Origin: Pristiophorus japonicus
Taxonomy: Eukaryota
Length of the DNA stretch: 64,000 nucleotides
Direction: 5' to 3'
Assembly: GCF_044704955.1 (NCBI RefSeq)
Contig: NC_091983.1
Coordinates: 93,434,001-93,498,000, forward strand
In this document: positions 48,449 to 59,739 of the stretch, piece after piece
Position numbering within the stretch: the stretch's first letter is position 1
How the letters are laid out: every line of letters starts with the position of its first letter
Position numbers and translations under genes: made by a program
The notes under the pieces: generated by a model
Told to the model about the DNA's origin: nothing
What the model saw: only the letters and a program-made list of their open reading frames with translations
Databases searched by the model: none

Positions 48449-50697
48449 GGGCTAGATTTTCCACCACATCGTGCATCTATCGCCCAAAACGGTCTTTCAT
48501 CACCCATTTTGACAAACAAGTGGAAATTCAGGCTGGAGCATCGCCGAAAAATTATCCCCCTGACTTTCGGCTCACATCGCCGAGGTGATCACTGAGGTGA
48601 TCGCCTGCACATCGCCCATCCCAACTTTCGGCACATTGCTGTCACATCGCCGGGCTGATAGCTCGCTGAGAACATCGCTGGAGAACAGTTGTTTTTTCCT
48701 GGCCTTCCTCACAGAACTCAGCACTATGGACGCCATTTTGAACATCAGAGAAAGGGAGAAGGCTGCTAAAACAAGGGTCTTTTAACATCCTTTTACTGAT
48801 AGATCCACTCACACTTATACTTATATTTATATTTAAATATACAACAGTTGCATTAATGTTTTAACTTAATTTTACTTACGTTATTAAAAGACAATGTACA
48901 ACAATTGTAAGATTCAACAAAACTTTATTATTACCAATTTCAATTTTAAGCCCCCCCCCACCCACCCAGCCCCCCCCCCCCAACAGCAAAAGCAAACAAC
49001 ATGAACAACAATAACAGCCCCCTCCCTACCTGCGGCCATGTTTCCCACCAGATCCTGGACCCACCCGTGTCCTAGCCCCACCCGTCCGTTTTGGTTCCTT
49101 GGTACTGAGACGACATGGGCATTCAGTGGGCAATGCCAAGACTTCCTGCAGTGGTGGGGGTGATGGTGGCACGATCAGCTGTTGGGTGGGTGTTGGAGGG
49201 GAAGATGAAGCACGGGCAGGGGCATTGTCTTCCAAGTCAGAAGGAAGTGCTTCCTCCTGACTCATTTGTGTGCTGGGGATTGTGCTTCGATCGATCATGG
49301 CACCTTGGAGTGCAGCGCCAAGCTCAGCCAGCAACGCATACCAGAAAGCATTGGTGGCGGAAGTCTCTGCATGCATCTCCTCCAGCGTCTGCTGCATTGT
49401 CTCCGCTTGGGCAGCAGACACCCGGCAAAATTCCCACGCGAACTGCTGGAGATGCTCGCGATTTATCGCGACAATCTCCTTGCACAGGGAGATCAAGCCC
49501 TCTATCTGATCGTCCACCGCAGGCGAATGCTGAGCTTGCTCACCCGACCTCTGTGGGGTCGGCGTGCGCACTACAAGGCGCCTTGGCATTGCCGGCTGCA
49601 CGCCACTTGGTCCTGGTGCCTCTTCAGTCGCAATAGCAACTTTTGCGGTGGCCGCAGGTTTATCCCCCTCTTTGGCTTCCTCCATTTCTTCCTCCTCCTC
49701 CGGCTTGGTGGTATCCTTCGCCTCCTCCTGTGCGGCCTCCACTTGCGCCTCTGGTTGACCTTCAAAGCACAATTGAGCCTATTGAGCTTATTAGAACAGA
49801 AGGGTACACATTACCGACAAGACTTTACATATTAATGTATCATGTGAATTTACCTGCCCCAGATAACCTGCAGCGGCTGCATCAGTCGCAGATGGACACA
49901 GGGGTCTATGGGGAGCGCACAGAGAAGGGGACAGTTGGCCAGATGACGTTCCCCTGTTCTTATTGCTTATGTTCTTATGTTGTCAACCTGAGAGCAGCAC
50001 AAGGGCTGCATTCATGACATGACATTACATCATCTGTACATTGCATTTTAATTAAATGATGTTACAATTACTTTAAAACTGTTTCACACATTACTCACGT
50101 GATGCATGGGAGGGTCCCGCAACACCATGGGTGGTGGCCGAGCGACTGGTTGTCCCCACCAGCGCTGCTGCACGTTCCTCCAGCTCACTTAAAGTCTGCA
50201 TGTCAGCAGGGCCCCCTCTGGTGCACCTCCGCTGCACCCTGTTAGATATCTTCTTCTGCAAATGTGAAAATAGCATGGCATAAGCTAATTGACTAGGTAG
50301 TTTCATGGAAAGACAACAGCTTCAAACGTTACATGCAAATGAGATCCACAATTGATGCATGGTTATAACAAAGATCAGCGTGTTTTGGATCTACATATGT
50401 ATATATGTGTATGGATGTATGTATCTAAGAATTTACAAAATTTAATTCAATCCAGGAGATTTACTATCAGAGTTTTAATTACAATCTTCATCAATACAAT
50501 ATCACATCTGTATTTACTCTAGCTGATGCCACAAAGCTGTTCCAGTGCTTCTGGCACTGGTCGAGACCCCTCGCCTCCTGGGACGCCGAGGAGATGACAT
50601 ACAAACATAGAAACATAGAAAATAGGTGCAGGAGTAGGCCATTCGGCCCTTCTAGCCTGCACCGCCATTCAATGAGTTCATGGCTGAACATGCACCT

Positions 50698-53560
50698 TCA
50701 GTACCCCATTCCTGCTTTCTCGCCATAACCCTTGATCCCCCGAGTAGTAAGGACTTCATCGAACTCCTTTTTGAATATATTTAGTGAATTGGCCTCAACA
50801 ACTTTCTGTGGTAGAGAATTCCACAGGTTCACCACTCTCTGGGTGAAGAAATTTCTCCTCATCTCGGTCCTAAATGGCTTACCCCTTATCCTTCGACTGT
50901 GACCCCTGGTTCTGGACTTCCCCAACATTGGGAACATTCTTCCTGCATCTAACCTGTCTGAATCCATCAGAATTTTAAACGTTTCTATGAGGTCCCCTCT
51001 CATTCTTCTAAACTCCAGTGAATACAAGCCCAGTTGATCCAGTCTTTCTTGACAGGTCAGTCCCGCCATCCCGGGAATCAGTCTGGTGAACCTTCACTGC
51101 ACTCCCTCAATAGCAAGAATGTCCTTCCTCAAGTTAGGAGACCAAAACTGTACACAATACTCCAGGTGTGGCCTCACCAAGGCCCTGTACAACTGTAGCA
51201 ACACCTCCCTGCCCCTGTACTCAAATCCCCTCGCTATGAAGGCCAACATGCCATTTGCTTTCTTAACTGCCTGCTGTACCTGCATGCCAACCTTCAATGA
51301 CTGATGTACCATGACACCCAGGTCTCGTTGCACCTCCCCTTTTCCTAATCTGTCACCATTCAGATAATAGTCTGTCTCTCTGTTTTTACCACCAAAGTGG
51401 ATAACCTCACATTTATCCACATTATACTTCATCTGCCATGCATTTGCCCACTCACCTAACCTATCCAAGTCACTCTGCAGCCTCATAGCATCCTCCTTGG
51501 AGCTCACACTACCACCTAACTTAGTGTCATCCGCAAATTTGGAGATACTACATTTAATCCCCTCGTCTAAATCATTAATGTACAGTGCAAACAGCTGGGG
51601 CCCCAGCACAGAACCTTGCGGTACCCCACTAGTCACTGCCTGCCATTCTGAAAAGTCCCCATTTACTCCTACTCTTTGCTTCCTGTCTGACAACCAGTTC
51701 TCAATCCATGTCAGTACACTACCTCCAATCCCATGTGCTTTAACTTTGCACATTAATCTCTTGTGTGGAACCTTGTCGAAAGCCTTCTGAAAGTCCAAAT
51801 ATACCACATCAACTGGTTCTCCCTTGTCCACTCTACTGGAAACAGCCTCAAAAAATTCCAGAACATTTGTCAAGCATGATTTCCCTTTCACAAATCCATG
51901 CTGACTTGGACCTATCATGTCACCTCTTTCCAAATGCGCTGCTATGACATCCTTAATAATTGATTCCATCATTTTACCCACTACTGAGGTCAGGCTGACC
52001 AGTCTATAATTCCCTGTTTTCTCTCTCCCTTCTTTTTTAAAAAGTGGGGTTACATTGGCTACCCTCCACTCGATAGGAACTGATCCAGAGTCAATGGAAT
52101 GTTGGAAAATGACTGTCAATGCATCCGCTATTTCCAAGGCCACCTCCTTAAGTACTCTGGGATGCAGTCCATCAGGCCCTGGGGATTTATCGGCCTTCAA
52201 TCCCATCAATTTCCCCAACACAATTTCCCGACTAATAAGGATTTGCCTCAGTTCCTCCTCCTTACTGGACCCTCTGACCCCTTTTATATCCGGAAGGTTG
52301 TTTGTGTCCTCCTTCATGAATACCGAACCAAAGTACTTGTTCAATTGGTCCGCCATTTCTTTGTTCCCCGTTATGACTTCCCCTGATTCTGACTGCAGGG
52401 GACCTACGTTTGTCTTTACTAACCTTTTTCTCTTTACATATCTATAGAAACTTTTGCAATCCGTCTTAATGTTCCCTGCAAGCTTCTTCTCGTACTCCAT
52501 TTTCCCTGCTCTAATCAAACCCTTTGTCCTCCTCTGCTGAGTTCTAAATTTCTCCCAGTCCGCAGGTTCCCTGCTATTTCTGGCCAATTTGTATGCCACT
52601 TCCTTGCTTTAATACTATCCCTGATTTCCCTTGATAGCCACGGTTGAGCCACCTTCCCTTTTTTATTTTTACGCCAGACAGGAATGTACAATTGTTGTAG
52701 TTCATCCATGCGGTCTCTAAATGTCTACCATTACCCATCCACAGTCAACCCCTTAAGTATCATTCGCCAATCTATCCTAGCCAATTCACGCCTCATACCA
52801 TGTCTACCAAAGTTACCCATCTTTAAGTTCTGGACCATGGTCTCTGAATTAACTGTTTCATTCTCCATCCTAATGCAGAATTCCACCATATTATGGTCAC
52901 TCTTCCCCAAGGGGCCTCGCACCACGAGATTGCAAATTAATCCTCTCTCATTACACAACACCCAGTCTAAGATGGCCTCCCTCCTAGTTGGTTCCTCGAC
53001 ATATTGGTCTAGAAAACCATCCCTTATGCACTCCAGGAAATCCTCCTCCACCGTATTGCTTCCAGTTTGGTTAGCCCAATCTATGTGCATATTAAAGTCA
53101 CCCATTATAACTGCTGCACCTTTATTGCACGCACCCGTAATTTCCTGTTTGATGCCCTCCCCAACATCACTACTACTGTTTGGAGGTCTGTGCACAACTC
53201 CCACTAACGTTTTTTGCCCTTTGGTGTTCTGCAGCTCTACCCATATAGATTCCACATCATCCAAGCTAATGTCCTTCCTAACTATTGCATTAATCTCCTC
53301 CTTAACCAGCAATGCTACCCCACCTCCTTTTCCTTTTATTCTATCCTTCCTGAATGTTGAATACCCCTGGATGTTGAGTTCCCAACCCTGATCATCATGG
53401 AGCCACGTCTCTGTAATCCCAATCACATCATATTTGTTAACATCTATTTGCACAGTTAATTCATCCACCTTATTATGGATACTCCTTGCATTAAGACACA
53501 AAGCCTTCAGGCTTGTTTTTTTAACACCCTTTGTCCTTTTAGAATTTTGCTGTACAGTGG
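50698..53560 (-). pseudogene. CR1 ORF2: AP endonuclease plus reverse transcriptase
   Basis: LNARS, GITETW, GGGVAL, MGDFN, ILDWV, SDH (APE); KSPGPDG, QHGF, DFQKAFD, GVPQGS, FADD (RT). A few stops and frameshifts. Confidence 0.95.
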
Positions 53561-53686
53561 CCCTTTTTGTTCTTTGCCTTGTGTTTCTCTGCCCTCCACT
53601 TTTCCTCATCTCCTTTCTGTCTTTTGCTTTTGTCTCCTTTTTGTTTCCCTCTGTCTCCCTGCATTGGTTCCCATCCCCCTGCCATA

Positions 53687-54647
53687 TTACTTTAACTCCT
53701 CCCCAACAGCACTAGCAAACACTCCCCCTAGGACATTGGTTCCGGTCCTGCCCAGGTGCAGACTGTCCGGTTTGTACTGGTCCCACCTCCCCCAGAACCG
53801 GTTCCAGTGCCCCAGGAATTTGAATCCCTCCCTGCTGCACCACTGCTCAAGCCACGTATTCATCTGCGCTATCCTGCGATTCCTACTCTGACTAGCACGT
53901 GGCACTGGTAGCAATCCCGAGATTACTATTTTTGAGGTCCTACTTTTTAATTTAGCTCCAGCTCCTTAAATTCGTTTTGTAGGACCTCATCCCTTTTTTT
54001 ACCTATGTCGTTGGTACCAATGTGCACCACGACAACTGGCTGTTCTCCCTCCCTTTTTAGAATGTCCTGCACCCGCTCCAAGACATCCTTGACCCTTGCA
54101 CCAGTTAGGCAACATACCATCCTGGAGTCTCGGTTGCGGCCACAGAAACGCCTATCTATTCCCCTCACAATTGAATCCCCTATCACTATCGCTCTCCCAC
54201 TCTTTTTCCTGCCCTCCTGTGCAACAGAGCCAGCCACGGTGCCATGAACTTGGCTGCTGCTGCCCTTCCCTGATGAGTCATCCCCCTCAACAGTACTCAA
54301 AGCAGTGTATCTGTTTTGCAGGGGGATGACCGCAGGGGGATGACCACAGGGGACCCCTGCACTACCTTCCTTGCACTACTCTTCCTGCTGGTCTTCCATT
54401 CCCTAGCTGGCTGTGGACCCTTCTCCTGCGGTAAGGCCAACTCGCTACACGTGCTACTCATGTCATCCTCAGCATCATGGATGCTCCAGAGTGAATCCAC
54501 CCTCAGGTCCAATTCCACAACGCGGTCCGTCAGGAGCTGGAGGCGGATACACTTCCCGCAGATGTAGTCGTCAGGGACACCGGAAGTGTCCCTGAGTTCC
54601 CACATGGTACAGGAGGAGCATATCGCGTGACCGAGCTCTCCTGCCAT
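53687..54647 (-). pseudogene. CR1 ORF1: zinc finger/leucine zipper plus SGNH esterase
   Basis: CSSC...CGKC, leucine-rich helix, IGDS, HIGTND, DSLH; two frameshifts. Confidence 0.9.
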
Positions 54648-54831
54648 GACTTAACCCTTAGATACACTTAAATTGGTGACAGTACTGTTACAGGTTACTT
54701 ACTGATATAAAAAAGAAAAAGAAAAACTACTTACCAATCACCAGCCAATCACTTACCCCTTTGGCTGTGACGTCACCTTTTGATTCCTTTCTACTTTTTT
54801 TCTGCTTTTTCTCCCGGCTGGAGCTGCACAA

Positions 54832-55163
54832 GCTGGGCCTTTTATAGGCCTCACCACGCTGCTCCCGCCTCTCGCCGACTGCCGCTGCCTGTGGAACACC
54901 CGCTGGGCCTTTATAGGCCTCACCACACTGCTCCTGCCTGTCACCGACTGCCGCTGCCTGTGGAACACCCGCTGGGCCTTTGAAAGACCTCACCACGCTG
55001 CTCCCGCCTGTCGCCGACTGCCGCTGCCTGTGGAACACCCGCTGGGCCTTTATAGGCCTCACCACACTGCTCCTGCCTGTCACCGACTGCCGCTGCCTGT
55101 GGAACACCCGCTGGGCCTTTTATCGGCCTCACCACGCTGCTCCCGCCTCTCGCCGACTGCCGC
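54832..55163 (-). repeat. CR1 5' UTR tandem monomers (about 4.8 x 69-70 bp)
   Basis: Unit starts at 54832, 54902, 54971, 55041 and 55110; CCTATAAA(A)GG in three of the five units on the sense strand. Confidence 0.92.
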
Positions 55164-55184
55164 TATGTTTCTATGTTTCTATGT

Positions 55185-55480
55185 TTCTTCTGCAAATGTG
55201 AAAATAGCATGGCATAAGCTAATTGACTAGGTAGTTTCATGGAAAGACAACAGCTTCAAACATTACATGCAAATGAGATCCACAATTGATTCTCGGTTAT
55301 AACAAAGATCAGCGTGTTTTGGATCTACATATGTATATATGCGTATGTATGTATGTATCTAAGAATTTACAAAATTTAATTCAATCCAGGAGATTTACTA
55401 TTAGAGTTTTAATTACAATCTTCATCAATACAATATCAAATCTGTATTTGCTCTAGCTGATGCCACAAAGCTGTTCCAGC
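55185..55480. repeat. About 295-bp direct duplication of 50251-50546
   Basis: Myb intron 1 plus the end of exon 1 is repeated on the other side of the CR1; roughly 3% divergent by eye. Confidence 0.93.
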
Positions 55481-55670
55481 GCAATCTCGGACCACAGCTT
55501 CCTGTACACCCGGGGTGGAGGTTTGCCCTTAGCACCCCGGGTAAGTTCTGCCCACCTGGAAAGAACCTCCTCAATGAGGGCCTCGTTGGCCTCGTCTGAA
55601 AACGGCTTTGCCCTTTTCTGACCCCAATCCATGTTCTTGGATGATGATGATGATGACATCTCTACAATTT

Positions 55671-56640
55671 ACATAGAAACATAGAAAATATGTGCTGAAG
55701 TAGGCCATTCAGCCCTTCTAGCCTGCACCGCCATTCAATGAGTTCATGGCTGAACATGCAACTTCAGTACCTCATTCCTGCTTTCTCACCATACCCCTTG
55801 ATCCCCCGAGTAGTAAGGACTTCATCTAACTCCTTTTTGAATATATTTAGTGAATTGGCCTCAACAACTTTCTGTGGTGGAGAATTCCACAGGTTCACCA
55901 CTCTCTGGGTGAAGAAGTTTCTCCTCATCTCGGTCCTTAATGGCTTACCCCTTATCCTTAGACTGTGAGCCCTGGTTCTGGACTTCCCCAACATTGGGAA
56001 CATTCTTCCTGCATCTAACCTGTCTAAACCCATCAGAATTTTAAACGTTTCCATGAGGTCCCCTCTCATTCTTCTGAACTCCAGTGAATACAAGCCCAGT
56101 TGATCCAGTCTTTCTTAATAGGTCAGTCCCGCCATCCCGGGAATCAGCCTGGTGAACCTTCGCTGCACTCCCTCAATAGCAAGAATGTCCTTCCTCAGGT
56201 TAGGAGACCAAAACTGTACACAATACTCCAGGTGTGGCCTTACCAAGGCCCTGTACAACTGTAGCAACACCTCACTGCCCCTGTACTCAAATCCCCTCGC
56301 TATGAAGGCCATCATGCCATTTGCTTTCTTAACCACCTGCTGTACCTGCATGCCAACCTTCAATGACTGATGTACCATGACACCCAGGTCTCGTTGCACC
56401 TCCCCTTTTCCTAATCTGTCACCATTCAGATAATAGTCTGTCTCTCTGTTTTTACCACCAAAGTGGATAACCTCACATTTATCCACATTATACTTCATCT
56501 GCCCTGCATTTGCCCACTCACCTAACCTATCCAAGTCGCTCTGCAGCCTCATAGCATCCTCCTCGCAGATCACACTGCCACCCAACTTAGTGTCATCCAC
56601 AAATTTGGAGATACTACATTTAATCCCCTCATCTAAATCC
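55671..56640 (-). mobile_element. CR1 LINE, 5'-truncated
   Basis: ORFs 55764-56093 and 56115-56642; AAACATAG tail. Confidence 0.94.
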
Positions 56641-56870
56641 AAATCTCCAACTCTCCAAAGGCAAAAAATACTTTATTCAAATCTCCAACGGCTAAAATCT
56701 CCACAAATCTCCTCCCTCCAACTCGAACAACTCTCTCCTTTGTCTCTCCTCTCTCCCCCACCACAATCGACCTTACTGCGCATGTGTGGATGACCCCTGA
56801 GCTCCTGAAACGCGCAAAATGCTGTCAAATGGGAAAAAAAATCGCATGAACAGAAGCCCGCTGCTAGGGA

Positions 56871-57182
56871 AGCTTTTAACTGTTTTCTCAACATGCCCTG
56901 ACACCTTCAACGATTTGTGCACATATACCCCCAGGTCTCTCTGTTCATGCACCCCCTTTAGAATTGTAACATTTAGTTTATATTGCCTCTCCTCGTTTTT
57001 TCTACCAACATGTATCACTTTTCACTTTTCTTTGTTAGATTTAATCTGCCACTTGTACGCCCATCCACCAGCCTGTCAGTGTCTTCTTGAAGTCTATCAC
57101 TATCCTCCTCACTGTTCACTGTACTTCCAAGTTTTGTGTCATGTGCATATTTTGAAATTGTGCCCTGTATACCCAAGTCTAA
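56871..57182 (-). mobile_element. CR1 fragment (host of Harbinger copy B)
   Basis: ORF 56773-57018: QYKLN..ILKGV.EQRDLGVYVHKSLKV. Confidence 0.85.
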
Positions 57183-57918
57183 GGGCTCAATTTTCCCCAG
57201 TTATTTGCGGCGCTTTTTTTTGGCCTAAGTTTAAAAAAATACAAGCTTCCCCAATCAATGTGCGCCAGCATAACTCAGTCAGTTACGATATTTTTCGGTT
57301 AGTTTTTTTTACGTCATAGGGGGCGTAACCTGATGTCTGCGCCTGTTTTTCTCAATTATGTAAGTTTGGTCAATTTAAATTTCTCCGAGGTCGGCGTATG
57401 TGACCACTCCCAAAAACCTTCTGGTGACTTAAGAAAAACCAGTGCATATCAAAAAATCAGCGCCAAAAGACGCCATTGTTTTTATGCAAAGTTTTAGAGG
57501 GAGCGAAGAACACTTAAACATGCATAATAAAGCTTAGTTTTTTCTTACGTTAAAACGCAGGAAATGGAAGTTTAATGGAATTCTTTAGTTTTCATTTTTT
57601 TTAAATTGACACGACACCTCCGAACCTTTGCAAACAGGGCTCGAGGATCGGAGCATCGGCCGTCAGAATCTGATACTCGCTCGGACACGGGCTCGGCTTC
57701 AAAAGAGGCCGGGGGTGGGTGGGGGGCTGTGGAAGGCATCATCAGCCTACACTACGCATCAAGTGAAGCCCGGGGGTTTGAGGGGGGTTGGGGGCTTCCC
57801 GATCACTGTGCCTGCTCAGACTTTGGTGTGGTCCATACAGACCTTGTGGGAACAGAGAACAAAGAACCTTGTCCTGCCTGCCTGCTGTTTTGAGCTTTTT
57901 GCAAAGATAAAATTTAAT

Positions 57919-59111
57919 CACGGGGCAATACTGATAATGCCATACCTTGTGCAAGCCTTCTGCATGATGGTGCTGAGGAGGGGACAATTGATTCGACTTT
58001 ATCACATCAGGAACATCAGAGCACATAGGGTGATGGGAAGGAGGCCTTACCCACATCGGGTATATCAAGACAGGCATCCATACCTGCACCTGAGTGATGC
58101 AGACTATGTCAGAAGGATGCGTTTCTATAAGAAGTAACTGAGATCTGTGAGTTAGTAAAAGCAGACCTGCAGCCTAAAAGCATCAGGAGGACTGCTTTAT
58201 CAGTTGAAGTGAAGGTTACAGTTGCACTTCCATTTTATGCATCTGGATCATTCCAGGCTACAACTGGGGATGTGTGCATCATTTCTCAACATGCAACACA
58301 TATCTGCATTTGGCAGGTGACTGCTGCACTATATGTCCAGAGAAATGACTACGTATAGGTCCCCATGACCACCCAGGCAATGCGTGACAGGGCTGTGGAC
58401 TTCACCAGGATTGCTGGCTTCCCAAAGGGCTGCATTGATTGTACCCACATCGCCTTGCAAGCACCTTTGGAGGATTCCGAGATGTACAGGAACAGAAAAG
58501 GCTTCCACTGCATTAATGTGCAGCACGTGTGTGACGACATGCATTGCATCATGCCAGTTGATGCAAGATACCCTGGCAGTATTCATGATGCGTTCATCCA
58601 ACGGGAGATCATTATATCTGCCATGTTTCAGCGGCAGAACTGGCTACTGGGAGACAAAGAGTACGGCCTCGCCACCTGGCCCATGATGCCCCTACACGTA
58701 ACCCAGATGAAAGCTGACCGGGAATACAGCATGTTGCACATTGCGACGTGCAGCATAATAGAGAGGACCATTGGCATCTTGAAATAGCGTTTGCGATGCC
58801 TGGACCATTCCGGAGGCTACTTGCAATACTCCCCTGAGATTGTCGGTCAGTTCACTGTTGTCTACTGCATGCTGCACAACTTAGCCATCATGAGGCAGCA
58901 GCAGCTGGTAGTAGAAGACCCACCTGAGGTGAGAGTGGCTGATGATGAGCAGGAAGATGCAGATGACGAGGAGAAGGAGGAGGAGGACGTGGAAGCCATG
59001 CAACTACCTGAACCTGGAGCATGACGGCAGAGGAGGGCGGGCCGTCATGCCCCTTTAACAATTGCTTGTGCCTTGCGTCAGCAACTCATCCATGAACGCT
59101 TTGCTGCCTGA
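57919..59111 (+). pseudogene. Harbinger DDE transposase (HARBI1-like), frameshifted with stops
   Basis: RRPYPHRVY, GCIDCTHI, NRKGFH, RYPGSIHDAFI, LGDKEY, IIERTIGILK, CMLHNLA. Confidence 0.94.
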
Positions 59112-59121
59112 AGGCTCAACG

Positions 59122-59577
59122 GCAACTATTTCACATGGAGCATGTATACTGTTTGGACCTGTTCCGTAATGTTGTGTTGTGTTAATGGAACAAATGATCG
59201 AAATGATTCTTGTTTGTTTGAAAAAGTTGTGTTAATAATGGAACAAATAATGTAAATGATTCAGTTATAATTTAAAACATAATTTATTCAAAAGTTTAAC
59301 AAACATTTGTTTGTACTTTAATAAAAATATTCTTTTAGCAAACTTTAAAGCAACTATTTCACATGGAGCATGTATACGGTTTGGACCTGTTCCATAATGT
59401 TGTGTTGTGTTAATGGAACAAATGATCGAAATGATTCTTGTTTGTTTGAAAAAGTTGTGTTAATAATGGAACAAATAATGTAAATGATTCTGTTTTAATT
59501 TAAAATATAATTTATTCAAAAGTTTAACAAACATTTGTTTGTACTTTAATAAAAATATTCTTTTAGCAAACTTTAAA
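59122..59577. repeat. Tandem duplication, 2 x 228 bp
   Basis: GCAACTATTTCACATGGAGC starts at 59122 and 59350; units near-identical; AT-rich with AATAAA on both strands. Confidence 0.93.
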
Positions 59578-59739
59578 GCTTTCACTGAAGATCACATACA
59601 AACTTTAAAATCCCTTACAAACTTTTAAACTTGTAAATTTACATAACTTACAAAAAATTTTTAATTTGAGAACAGTTACAACAATAATAATAACGACAAC
59701 AGCAAAGAAAGGCTGCACCCATCTCTCCTCCAACTTATT

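Larger units (their letters stand above)
50601..55163 (-). mobile_element. Near-full-length CR1 LINE (about 4.56 kb)
   Basis: Tandem-repeat 5' UTR, ORF1, ORF2 and (CTATGTTT)n tail in order. Confidence 0.96.
49026..55659 (-). pseudogene. Myb/SANT-like gene (exon 1 55659-55481 plus 50600-50518; exon 2 50255-50099; exon 3 ~49770-49026), disrupted by CR1
   Basis: KRAKPFSDEANEALIEEV..RW...LWSEIA / VISSAS..R.LDQCQKHWN; exon 2 TRGGP...LSELEER; GT/AG boundaries. Confidence 0.82.
48449..56870 (-). mobile_element. Harbinger derivative carrying only a Myb gene; right end lost
   Basis: Left TIR-like GGGCTAGATTTTCC with subterminal ATCGCC repeats; spliced Myb gene; no transposase; no matching right TIR found. 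Confidence 0.75.

Noticed and set aside
52055-53891. Long + strand ORFs (for example 52684-53391, 235 aa)
   Set aside because: Antisense shadows of CR1 ORF2/ORF1.
54832-55163. CRISPR array or repeat-protein ORFs (54727-55230)
   Set aside because: Head-to-tail monomers without spacers at a LINE 5' end; the ORFs are by-products of the GC-rich repeat.
34821-59111. Domesticated host genes HARBI1/NAIF1/MSANTD
   Set aside because: All copies are frameshifted, multi-copy and bounded by TIRs.
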